From Owenia fusiformis (Eukaryota): a stretch of 64,000 nt of DNA. Positions 25,586 through 37,440 of this stretch are shown here, one piece after another; within the stretch, counting starts at the first letter, position 1; each line of letters begins with the position of its first letter. The translations under genes and the position numbers were made by a program. Under the pieces are notes generated by a model. The model did not search any database and was not told the origin of the DNA. It saw only the letters and a list, made by a program, of their open reading frames with translations. The stretch lies in the NCBI GenBank assembly GCA_903813345.2, contig CAIIXF020000001.1:42346001-42410000 (forward strand). Reading direction: 5' to 3'.

Positions 25586-26619
25586 AACCATTAATTCATA
25601 TTATGTTTTTTATGGAATTAATTTCAAATAAGACTTGTAGTGACAATGGATAGTAAACAAGACTTAAGATTAATCAAGACAGGGAGATAAACCAATCAAC
25701 ACGGTAATTGTAGGAAATTACAAGGAATCAAGGCACTTAATGATCAGTGATCTCTTGATGCTGTTGCATATCTTTCAGGCCTTTGTCAGGCCTTATCTTT
25801 AAAAGGAAGTTACCCAGAACACTTACAATTTGTTTAATTAGAGGTCAGGTGACGCGGTTAGCAGTGAAATATCTAGATTATATATAGTTCTGAAACGCAT
25901 GATTATCTCAAGATCAGATGTAAATTATGAAGCGATTACAACTGTTTTGATATATTGTTTTAACCAGTCAGTGCAGAGAGCGTGGCTTTCGTTGATTTAC
26001 ATCGTACCTCTTAAAAACGTATTGTAAATGGAATAGTTAGGGAAAGTGTCCCTTATTCACATGCTTTTGCTGGCATATCTGCATAAGTACTTGAAGGCAA
26101 TTAACACATTAAAGGTGCAATAATGAATACAGAGGGGTCATTCAACGATCATGGACCAGTATCAAAATATATTTAAGTTTGGATATTTCCTGAAGACTAA
26201 CATATATTTTTATAATCTCCAAAGAAACCCCCTGGATGAACATTATTTCAGCTGATATTCCTCTTGAAATGTGGTGGATCTTAAAAATCTATAAGCTAAA
26301 TGTTGCCCCGATAGCTCAGAAAAAGTAAAAAATTCTAATTTTCTCTCAGGCCTTGGTACCCCTTTAATACTGTCTGTATTTTACGTACGAAGCAGGGTTC
26401 TACAGTTACCGAGACGTGAGAATACAACCAACTTCTTGTTCCATTGAGATATATGTTAAATTGACAAAGTTCAAATTATAAATTCTCAAATCTCAGCCCA
26501 TCGAATCGAAACCTTGCATCCATACAAAAACTTCCCGTTGGCTTACATGTTAAGAATATCTGCAGTCAGAAGGCTTTGAATGATGGCCTCTACAAGCCGG
26601 CCTCTATGACTATAATAGT

Positions 26620-26744
26620 GAGTTTAAGCTTGCATATAAAATCGAAACGCCAACCTATACGTATGACCAATTGCCCAAAGAAATGCATCGCTTAAATATT
26701 TTCCGCTTTCCTTAGGTTGTGAAAAAAATTGCAAGCTTAAACTC
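26620..26744. mobile_element. ~125-bp MITE, copy 2
   Basis: Perfect 15-bp TIRs GAGTTTAAGCTTGCA / TGCAAGCTTAAACTC. Confidence 0.75.
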
Positions 26745-27494
26745 CCCATTATTTCATCTATACCATTTATTCTGAACTGATCATGTAAAGTACGGAAGGA
26801 ACTACGTTTATATATATCGCCTGTCTTACCCCCTCTCCATAACCTGCCCGTTTGACACAGATACGATTCATGGCACATACTAACTAAAGGGCGTTCTCAT
26901 TTTGGTGCGAGCTATGCAGCCATATTATTCTTGGATGTATCATATTTTTCTATTTTATTCCAAGATTTCACTTTTAGCGATAACTATAAGACTGTGAATT
27001 GCATTCTACAGTGTTCTAACGATAAACATCGACGAAGACGATAACGTTAATCAATTCTGAACTGATTATGCATCGTATTTCCTAAGTTACGGAAAACAGA
27101 TCGCTCATTTTTCAAAACTGACTCCAAGAAATCTCTTGGAAGTTTTCCATAAAAAAATTCAAAGATAAACATCGATGAAGACGATCACTTTCGTGAGGGC
27201 TTGGCCCAAGAGCTAATGTGCCTTATGTGATACAGATACAAGGCAGACAATTCTAAACTAATTTTAATTGGATGAACCACTTTTGAAATAGGAGTGTTAC
27301 GCCCTGCGTATCTGACATACGATGCATAATCAGTTCAGAAGTGTCTGTCATAATAGTGTTCACATCTAAAAAGTATATATTATATATGATTACTCTGGAC
27401 AAATAATTGGCTAACTTGAAACAGAATAATTCATCATGACGGCTACATGACATTTCAAGCCTGCCCCTGATTACTTTCAGGGACTGGCATTTAA

Positions 27495-27608
27495 AAGCCT
27501 AGAAGCCGGATTTGTTCTCAAAGCCGGCTTTAGAATCAGCTTTGTAGAAGCCAGCTTCATATGGCTTTTCAAGGCCGGCTTCTGGGGTCCTATAGAAGCC
27601 GGCTTTCT
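27495..27608. repeat. Cluster of AAGCCGGCTT-like palindromes
   Basis: About five variants of AAGCCGGCTT in 115 bp; related motifs also at ~26570-26605. Confidence 0.6.
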
Positions 27609-27959
27609 ATATTTGCCGTCTACCCTTACTCCATACGTCTCCATAATGAGAGGCTTAGCCTGCAGTACGATGGTGTTGTTCTTTTGACATTCGCAAAAGT
27701 ATACAAGGGGTGATTAACAAATAATGCAAATAGAGCCCTATCTCAGAAACTAATTAACTAATCAGAAACAAAAACAGTGCAGTAATATCATCATTTGCTA
27801 TTTGGGCAATTGCAATATTAGTTATTAATAATTGGAAATAAGATCGATGTTACTTAAAATTACATTTTTCAGATATTATATTTATTGTCCATACATATTA
27901 GAATGATGTTACATTAAATTCTTAAGAAAATAAAAACATTTATGCACCAGTCATAAGGT

Positions 27960-28085
27960 AAATAAACCCCACTATCCCAAATCATAATCCAACGTGAAGA
28001 GATACAATGCTTAACAGCCTTTCCCCACCCCACCATGCAAGTACCAGAAGCACAATCCCAGACCATAACACCAAGCGACAGTTCA
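27960..28085 (-). repeat. Dispersed ~200-bp repeat, copy 2 (partial)
   Basis: TATCCCAAAATCATAATCCAACGTGAAGAGATACAATG...CACAATCCCAGACCATAACACCAAG is a diverged reverse complement of 17210-17310. Confidence 0.6.
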
Positions 28086-29053
28086 GTTCATTTATACAGA
28101 AGTCATTACAACAACTGTTGAAGAAAAAATCTAGTTGAAGATACCTAGTACGATTTTAGTAGATACTAAATTGAACTCAAGCTAGATCAATTTATTTGAT
28201 ATAGGCTGCAAGAAGGAAACTAACAATGGTTTGCAGCTGGAACATAGATCATATGCAACAAATCTCTTCTCTAGTAGCTGCTTTGATGTGGCAGTCCGCA
28301 ATTGCACAGAACAAATCGTTATCATTAATTCTAAAAAACATGAGTCCTTAATACTATTACTCAATACCGAGCAAATTGTTTTAAAGAAAGTTGATTAAAT
28401 TGAGTTAGACTAAATGTCAGTGATGACTGTTACTCCTGTTTGAATCTATTACAATATGGAATTCATCATATAAGATAGTATTTGTTAAATGGCTTTATAT
28501 AATGGTAATGGTGTAGGGAATACATACCACATACACCCCCCCACCTTCATGGAATACATACAAAACACCAGCTTTCATAAGGTGGTAATCGGATACCCTC
28601 TTTCAAATCACCAAGCCTGTTTGGGGTTTTAAGAAAATCATTAAATTTCCGAATCATTGAAATGGAGTCCTGAACAAAATTAGAATTCAAACGTTGTAAG
28701 GCGTTGATATGCTATCAACTGAAAAAATCAAACTTACGAATGGTAGTACACATACTTTTCAATACGTTTTTGAAGCACCCCTTCAAAGAAAAAGGTATAA
28801 ACAAATAATATTAGAAAAATTTCACAACGCACTTATAGCGTGTTTATACATCCCTTATGTTTATAACTTATAAAAGTATGTTAACTACGTCATCATTTGT
28901 TGCTCAGCTCTATCCATTTATAAGGAACCATCGCTTATAGAACATTGTTTATGTGAGTAAATACTTATCTCGTGTAGACATAGTTTTTGATGAGACTCTT
29001 GGTGAAAGGAACATTAAAATTGATCGATACAATATACATTTCTCTACGGATAA

Positions 29054-29667
29054 AATAATAAATGCCATAAGAGAATGGGAAGCCATTCCAAATTATCTAA
29101 AAAGTTCACCATCAAGAGTTACTTTCAAAACCAATTTACGTAAATATTCAGGGAAAATGAGACAATTAACAACCACAAACCTGGATCTTACAAGAAAAGA
29201 AGAAATTTTATGTGATTTCATTTTTACTGGTCATCTTTTTCAACATAATTTTCAAGGTATTGACAGTCCCAAATGCATCTGTGGTTTTAAACAACAAACT
29301 ACAAAGCATCTAATATTCAAGTGCCCTCTGTTGAGTGTTATAAGAAAGAAACTTTGGGGGGAACTCAGGAACATGCCAGAAATTAGCATTTATCTTAATG
29401 TATGGCAGAGATGGAGTAAGCATAACATGCAATTCTTCAATATTGAAGCATTTTACATCGTTTTTTGTGTGAATGCATTGATATAATTATTTAGTTTTAA
29501 CACATTCCTGCCATGCATACGTACATGTTGGTAGTCATTTTTGTTGCTATTTTGTAAATTTGAATAAACTTTGTATTAACAGGGCCAATAATGCTGAATT
29601 CAGCCTCGGCCCTGTCATTGGTAGATCATATTGCAAAGAAAAATAAAGGAACCATAAAAACTAAACT
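29054..29667 (+). mobile_element. 5'-truncated LINE (CR1/L2-like) with 16-bp TSD
   Basis: ORF2 C-terminus IREWEAIPNYLKSSPSRVTFKTNL...HLFQHN...SPKCICG...KHLIFKCP; short AAACT tail; ATTTCTCTACGGATAA at both 29038-29053 and 29668-29683. Confidence 0.85.
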
Positions 29668-29700
29668 ATTTCTCTACGGATAAGTACATTTATGCTAAAC

Positions 29701-32531
29701 CACTGGTACCGTACTCACCTGGTTACGCTGACGATACGTCAGCGTAACAAGATAGAGGAACTTCGGGGTTTCGTTTTCGGTAAGATATTTTTATTTCTCG
29801 ATTCTACACCACTTGTCAGTCAAGTTGTGGACAATAATTTGACTCAAAGTTGAGGAAGATAGTTTAGTTTGAGAATATGCAGGCGGTTCTATGTTTGGTA
29901 TATTAACGAAGACGCAATTCACATATTTAGTCCATTGCTTCTGTTACGCTGACGTAAGATCAATATTACGCTAACGAAGATGTGACTTGGAGCTATTGTA
30001 ACGTTGACGAACCATATGTATTAACATTGGCGTATATTGGGCAACAATCATGAATACATAGTTCAACTATTTCAGAGAGTCCTGAAAGTTCTAAAATCAC
30101 GAGGGTGATGCACTGAGCGTTCAGAGACAGGTACTACACGAGAAATGAAAATCCTATATTTACAGATCCCATTATTTTGGTGTGAAACGCAGGAAGGTTA
30201 AACTTTGCAAGATGAGGGACATCGGATACAAATTGATTCGAACTTTAAGTTGTACTCAAACCATTTTACTCGGTTTTGTTATGCCATCTGATTCTTTATG
30301 ATAGTGAACCATCAACAATTCCAAAAGTTCATTTTAACATGATATTGCCATGGTGATATAAAGTCAGCACATGTCTGTTTTTCATAGCATAACATAGCAT
30401 AGCATAGCATAGCACAGCACAGCACAGCAGAGCACGGAAAGCATAGCATAGCATAGCAGCAAAGCATAGCATAGCATTGTACTGCACTGAATAGCATAGC
30501 ATAGCATTGAATTGTATTGTATTGCACTGCATTGTATTGTATTTTATTGCACTGCATTGTATTGTATTTCACTGCATTGTATTTTATTGTATTATATTGC
30601 ACTGCATTGTATTATATTGCACAGCATTGTATTGTACTGCAATGCGCTGCATTGCACTGCATTGTATTGTATTGCACTGTATTGCATTTCAATGAATTAC
30701 ACTGCATTGTCTTGTATTGCAATACATTGCACTACATTGTATTGCACTGCAATATATTGCATTTCACTGCATTGCATTGTATTGCACTGCAATATATTGC
30801 ATTTCACTGCATTGTATTGCATTGTACTGCAACATATTGTATTGTACTGCATTTTATTGTACTGCAGTACGCTGCATTGTATTGTATTATACTGCATTGT
30901 AATGTATTGCACTGTTTTGTATTGCATTGTATTGAATTACACTGCATTGTATTGTATTGCACTGCATCACATTGTATTGTACTGTATTTTATTTCACTGC
31001 ATTGTATTGTATTGCACAGCACCACATTGTATTGCATTGTATTGTACTGCAGTACGCTGCATTGTATTATACTGCATTGTATTGTATTGCACTGCACCAC
31101 ATTGTATCGCACTGCATTTTATAACACTGCATTATATTGTATTGTACTACATTGTGTTGCACTGCAATGTATTGTATTGCATTGTATTGCAATGTACTAC
31201 ATTGTGTTGCACTGCACTACATTGTTTTGCATTGTATTGCATTGCACTGCATAGTAATGCATTATATTGCACTATATTGTATTGTATTATATTGCACTAC
31301 ATTGTATTGTATCATATTACATTGTATTGTATTGCATCATATTGTACTGCTTTGTATTGCATCATATTACACTACATTGTATTGCATCATATTGCACTGC
31401 AGTATATTGCATCATATTGGTCTGCATTGTATTGTATCATATTGCACTGCATTGTATTGCATCATATTGCACTGCATTGTGTTGCATCATATTGCACTGC
31501 ATTGTATTGCATCATATTCCGTATTTACTATTTCAGTTACAGTTTTATGACATAAAATGTTATTTATAAGATTATAATTTTCAAACATTGAAAAACAACA
31601 TCACTTAAAAAATATGAAATGGCCCAAAATAATATTTTTTCAATGGAACCCTTTGCAGGGGTACCTTCTGTATGTGACAGTCGGTAATACTAGTATGGAT
31701 TGTCACCCCTACAACAATACAACACTTAAAAATTGAAATGCGTTCAATAGCACTAAGGTTGTTAATATTCTTTTTTAGTCAATAATATAATTTCATAAGC
31801 GGGGAGGGGGGGGCGAATCTTTCTATTTGTTGTCAACAATAAATTACACAGATCAAAGTCACACTTGCTAACTTTTGTTATGTCGATGATTGGATCTCTT
31901 GAAAAATTAAAATGCTTCCCCACTTTCGACCCGTGCATAACAGGAGGTCCTTAGGCCAAGACAACGCTCTACCAATAACGCTATCAGATCATCCAAAGTT
32001 ATTTGAGCCTCTAATGAATTAAATTGTGAATACGATGTCAGTGTTGTATCAATATTGGAATGGAATGGAATGCACATATTATAAGAATATATCTGAGAAT
32101 TATTACAATTATTACAATTATCTCAGCTTCAGCTTTACAAATGCCCCGGGCACATGCCAAAAATCTATGAGCCTGGATCTGGAGCTTTCGATACCCCATG
32201 ACATTCCAAAGATCAACATTTGTCCTTCGTCAGCGTGACAAAGTGTCTTCGTCAACGTCACATGAGCAATATTCATGCACATCGTCAACGTTACAAAAGC
32301 GAGGGACTAAATATGTGATTTGCGTCTTCGTTAATATACCAAACATAAAACCGCATGTATATTCTCAAACTAGACTATCTTCCTCAACTTTGAGCCAAAT
32401 CATCGTCCACAACTTGACTTATAAGTGGTTTAAAATCAAGAAATAAAAATTTCTTAACGAAAACGAAGCCCGGAAGTTCTTCCATCTTGTTACGCTGACG
32501 TATCGTCAGCGTAACTAGGTGAGTACCAGTG
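29701..32531. mobile_element. 2.8-kb non-autonomous element with ~235-bp TIRs, CAC..GTG ends and 5-bp TSD (Transib-like)
   Basis: 29701-29933 is the inverted counterpart of 32304-32531 (CACTGGTAC...GTACCAGTG); TAAAC at 29696-29700 and 32532-32536. Confidence 0.85.
30383..31520. repeat. Compound pentanucleotide microsatellite
   Basis: (ATAGC)n to ~30505, then degenerate ATTGT/ATTGC/ACTGC units, with ATCAT units added after ~31310. Confidence 0.98.
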
Positions 32532-35385
32532 TAAACGCCATATTCCAATTCGCTTACACGTTTAGCGTATTCAGGCATTAACATAAGTTGTGCTTTCATG
32601 TATGAGCGACATTTCTCTAATCAGTCAAGACGACAAAACGTTTAGAAATGTGAAATTGTATGTCACAGCAAAATAAGTATATATGCAACAATGGTGACGC
32701 AGTTGTTTATTTAAAAGTATTAAAAGTGTTAAAATATGTATGAATTGCCCGAACAGGTAAGGAATAATTCATGTGTGACATGTTTCCTCGTCGACATGTT
32801 TTAGGGCTGTGTAGTAAAAACAGTGGTGCATTTAATTATATTATACTGCGCTGTTAGATTACCGATAGAGCAAATATACCTGTTTACAATGTTTATTATA
32901 TATTTTCCAATTTTTGTTAATATAAGATGTCCACATGCACGTCCCTGGGGAATATTTTTGAAGACCATTTTGGTTTTTTGTAAGGTTTTGCATTCTCATA
33001 CACCAATATACCATGATTTGTTTTCCACAATATGAACTTGTATACCAATACTTTAATTCCCCCAAAATGTTTCTGAACAAATAATTAAAAAATCAAAATT
33101 GCAACGAGTCTGTCAATTTATGTTGCGACTCATATTTTGAGAATATCACATTAACTTTCATGTTTCTCACAAAAAGCAATGAATACGCCAACATCTGATA
33201 TTTGTTTCTTCAGTCTTTGGCATAATATATCTCAACTAATTTAACCAAACGATAACCAAGCATTTTCCATAGCTACCATATATATTACATAAAAGTATTT
33301 TAATATACCCACCCCTTGTCACCCATCAACAAATGGTCAGCTTTCACTCATTCGTAGTCTAGCTTCAAGTCTTGTGACCCCAATACAACATAAGTGTGAA
33401 ACGAAACGTGTTTAGTCAAATATAGGGTGGGGGGTGGGGCGGGGGGGGGGTTACATATCATGCTTGTATATGACCAAACTAATTCTCAAGCGCCTTGTCC
33501 GCTATTCAATTTATGAAAGGTGATAAGACAGTTCTCACTTTTTCCAAAGTATTTCCCATAAAATTGTTCTAATTTAAGAATAGATTATATAGCTATAGCA
33601 AGAAACTGTAAGCATACACAAATAGTTAAGCTACCTACAAACGTGCCTGAATCCAAAAGAGAAAATCATCCACACACGGAATCGAAAGAACAGAAACAGT
33701 ATTTGTCAGTAGTGTAACAAAAATGATAACGACGATATGAAATCAAATCTTAAAATGCCATTTGTGGCCATGGTGTCATGAATTCATAGAAAATTTAGGC
33801 AAAAGTGGAGAATTCACTGCTAAGACTGATATGTTTTGTTCTATTCATTAAAACTGTACACGTACTGCTAAGTTATGTAATAGACTACTAAACGTTATGA
33901 TATTTTGTTATAATAAAATAATTAAGTCCAGATACAAAATCAGTTAATTTATCCCCATTAGTCATATTTACCGGATAATTATATTAATTTCTTTCTTTCA
34001 CTGAATTCTTTCATTTTGAATTTTGCATATTTTGGCGTCTTGCTCTTTGTGACACTATAAGAAAGATTGAAAAAGTACGTTTTGGCAACAAATATGTACA
34101 ATGCATGCACAAAGGTCAAGATGAAAAAGCTTAGACGACAGTGTTACAGAGTGACAGAACAGAGACAAATGAAACATGTGCACGACAAAAAAGTTTCTGT
34201 GAAGGCAAATGCGTTTACAACGAATCCATTAGCAATGATAGTTTCAGTGAGTTAAGGGCCAAATTGTTATGTTCATCGATGAGATGAATTGATGGGAGTT
34301 AAATAAATCTATAGCATTAAACGATTACATCATTCTGTAACATTATCGAGTGTGTTTAGGCCAGGATATGGGCGACTCTCTTCGCAGATGTAGAATGGAG
34401 CTAAACGTCATGGGGAAAATCCTCGCGAGCGCCACCTTCCGTGTCCCGATTTAGCAAGTATTGGTACCATATGCACCACTCGACTTCGTGGAATACATAA
34501 AGTAATTGCCTCATTATTCTAGATCTCCCGAAGAGTGCAATCAAGAAAATATGGAATGATTTGAATTGTTTCTTTCGCCAGAGGTACTCTCCACCTCAAA
34601 TATGCAATGTGCGATCGACAGTCGGGAAGAAATGAAATCGTTTCTCTCGTAAAAAGATGAATCTATTTCTCCAGGGTATTTTGGTCTTTACAATGATGTA
34701 ATGCTGCGTAAAATACTATTTTATTGTGAATGTCAAAGGTTAACATGGAACTGAATTGGAAACATTTTAGGAGAATCTAATCATAGTTTAACGAGTGTAT
34801 TGACTTACGAATACACAATTTATGGACGTTAATTGTGAATTTGTAACCAAGGCACGTTCCCAAATAATCATTTTCCCTGTACTGTTCTTTTACAGGCGTT
34901 TAATTAAGCGTATTTCACCCTGCAAAGTATTTAACTCGTAGAAACATGAATTGTGAGTGCTCCCGAAAGTATGCTAATTGACCAACCTTTGGTCTAATTC
35001 ATGAATTTTAATACTAACCAATCTTACGAAAATAAAAAAGATTAAAATAATGGAAATGTCAACAGTAGATTTGTTGAACATATTGAACAGATTTGCTTGA
35101 ACAGATCATGATGTCAGATTTAAGCACGGTAAGTGCAAGCACATCCCCGTTTTTCAATTTTCCATATTTCGTTTTAGTCGAGATCATCTAATTTTTGCTT
35201 TGGACCCCCCCCCCCTCCTTCACCATTGTAAAGGATTGCCTTAATACGGCAAGGTAGCTGAAATATAATCTAAATTGAGTAAAGCGGTTTTAGTACATCT
35301 TTAATAAAGTAACGTTGCGTGTTTCCTACTATACAGAAATTCTCCATCAATCTGTGTGAATGATAGTATTGAGAAGGGATATATA

Positions 35386-36377
35386 CAGTGCATATAAAAA
35401 ACGCAACAGATTGTTATCTTGGAAAAGCACAAAACCAGTGATAACAGCATTGATTTCATTCAATGCACCATAAAGCCATGTGTCTTCTCTTTACAATGAT
35501 ATATCATTCATTAATATTTGGTCATGGTTGAGTGAGTAATCATTCCATTTGCAAAGTGGGCCAAAATTAGCTTAGGGCCAAGTTATAAACATTGCAAAAG
35601 TCAGTGTACGGAGCCTGATGCAATATTGGACGAAAACATTAAACCAATGCTGACTGCATCCTTTTAATTCAATGTACCAAAAAGCCAAATTACTCCTCTT
35701 TGCAATGGAATATCATTCATTCACAGGGAGTCATCTCTGGCCGAATAATCATTAATTTTGCAAAGTGGGGCAAAAATCAGCTCGGACCCAAGTTTAAAAC
35801 ATTGCAAAAGTCAGTACAAGGGGCAAAGGGGCTATTGGAAGAAGGTGTGACAGGTATGGCATAGACAGTAAAGTGTTCATACTCATACTCTTGCAAGAAT
35901 ACATCCTATACCCCTCCAAATTGCCACCACTTCCTTGCACATAAAGATGCGCTCATCTGTCCACGTCATGCATGGTTCAGCCCTGAATCATGTGTGGGTT
36001 AAAGCAAAGAAAAGCAGCCCATGGGCAAATCTTTCTCGAGGTTTTGCAGTATCTGGTGGAGGAATTGTGAGCACAGATGCTCCTGAGATAGCTCCAAAAG
36101 AAAGATTCACAACAATTCAAGTCAGAGGAACTTCCATTGGCACTTAGCCCTTGCACTGATTTTTTCAATATCTAAAACTTGGCTCAGAGCCGATTTTGAC
36201 CCACTGTGCAAATGGAAGGACCCACCCGACCCAACTATTACCACATGTGAATGAATGACATATCATTGCAAAGAGGGGAGACATGGCTTTATGGTACATT
36301 AAATGAAATTGATGTAGTCATCACTAGTTTTGTCATTTTACGAGATAACTACTTGTTGCGTTTTTTGATACGCCCTG
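35386..36377 (+). mobile_element. Tc1/mariner-type non-autonomous element, copy 2
   Basis: TA|CAGTGCATATAAAAAACGCAACA ... TGTTGCGTTTTTTGATACGCCCTG|TA; collinear with 22703-23673. Confidence 0.9.
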
Positions 36378-36385
36378 TACATGTA

Positions 36386-37440
36386 TAAGGGTGAACCGTT
36401 GTAACAGGCTATATTTCCCTTATTACTTGCAGGATACTTTTAGTCTTGCTCAAAGACTGTATCCCCCCCGTCACCTTCACTCTCTTTACCTGACAATATA
36501 CAGAGAGAAGGATAAGGGGGAGGGGAGTACAGGGTCTTTTAAGCAAGACCAGAATACTTTCATATTTTCACATGTTGTAGAGGAAGGTCTAAAATTTATG
36601 TTTGTACCATACATTCTTCTTTGCAGAAAGTATTAGCTCCAACCAAACATCACTGAAATGGATAAAATGTGAACTTCAACATCTGTGATTCTTCAACCCT
36701 TCAACAATCTTCCCATGGACAATTTTAGCCGCAGACTGAAAAACCTAATGTTTTCTGACTTTGTTTGGTTTAGAATCCCACATATTATGGTGTAAAAATT
36801 AGCATCTTACCCCCGTTAGTTGCAAAGTTATTGTGATCCAAAAAATGTTAAGTTTCGGAAAAGAAGAAAACATCTTCCAGTGAAATCGCAACATACCCTT
36901 TATGGTCTCAAAATGTCAGCATCTTCATTTAATCATGGACCAATTCTAATATAATATGGCTCAAAACACTGAATATTAAATTTCCTTTTAATTTGATTTT
37001 TGTAAGATATTTACATAGAAGGGTTCTGAGATGTAAGGTCACAGGGGGTAACTTTGCCCCCTCCAGCCGTTTGTTTAAGTAACATGCCCCTAATAGTTGA
37101 ATGGTTAAAACTGCTTCAAAATGGTCAATGAAAGTTTGAAAAGTGTTTACTGCTCAAATATTGTCCCATATGAAATAGGGTTTAAACAGACCTATATCTG
37201 TCACTGAAGGCTTTTTTATGATCATCCAATGTGTTCCAACAATTTCCGTGAATCACATGATACTATTTTGCTCAATGTCTAATTATAGGCATGTTTGTTT
37301 TGTCTTGTATTATTTTCAAAATTAGTATAAATTATGGCATCAACAAACATTTTAGACCTTGTTCTACAAGATTTTATAATATGAGCCAATTCATGCATGT
37401 ATTAGCCTGTTGCAGGGGTTCACCTTTTTGGACCACCTTG
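36386..37440. mobile_element. Tc1-like MITE with truncated left TIR
   Basis: Right end TAGCCTGTTGCAGGGGTTCACCTTTTTGGACCACCTTG|TA; left remnant AGGGTGAACCGTTGTAACAGGCTA; internal hairpin at ~36437-36552. Confidence 0.55.
36697..37104. mobile_element. piggyBac-like MITE (nested)
   Basis: TCAA|CCCTTCAAC ... GTTGAATGG|TTAA. Confidence 0.5.

Noticed and set aside
26109..26367. Kolobok MITE between TTAA|AGGTGC and TACCCCT|TTAA
   Set aside because: The TIR match is too weak to call. Isolated TTAA|AG-type ends near 35300 and 49590 also lack partners.
28953..29053. N-terminal part of the 177-aa ORF as a real gene start
   Set aside because: It lies outside the LINE TSD and begins at GTG; chance read-through.
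30312..31569. Long Cys/His/Tyr-rich ORFs (up to 347 aa) resembling metallothionein or keratin-associated proteins
   Set aside because: They are translations of the pentamer microsatellite, open in several frames on both strands.
31920..31992. tRNA gene or tRNA-derived SINE head on the minus strand
   Set aside because: Only degenerate A- and B-box-like motifs and no convincing cloverleaf.
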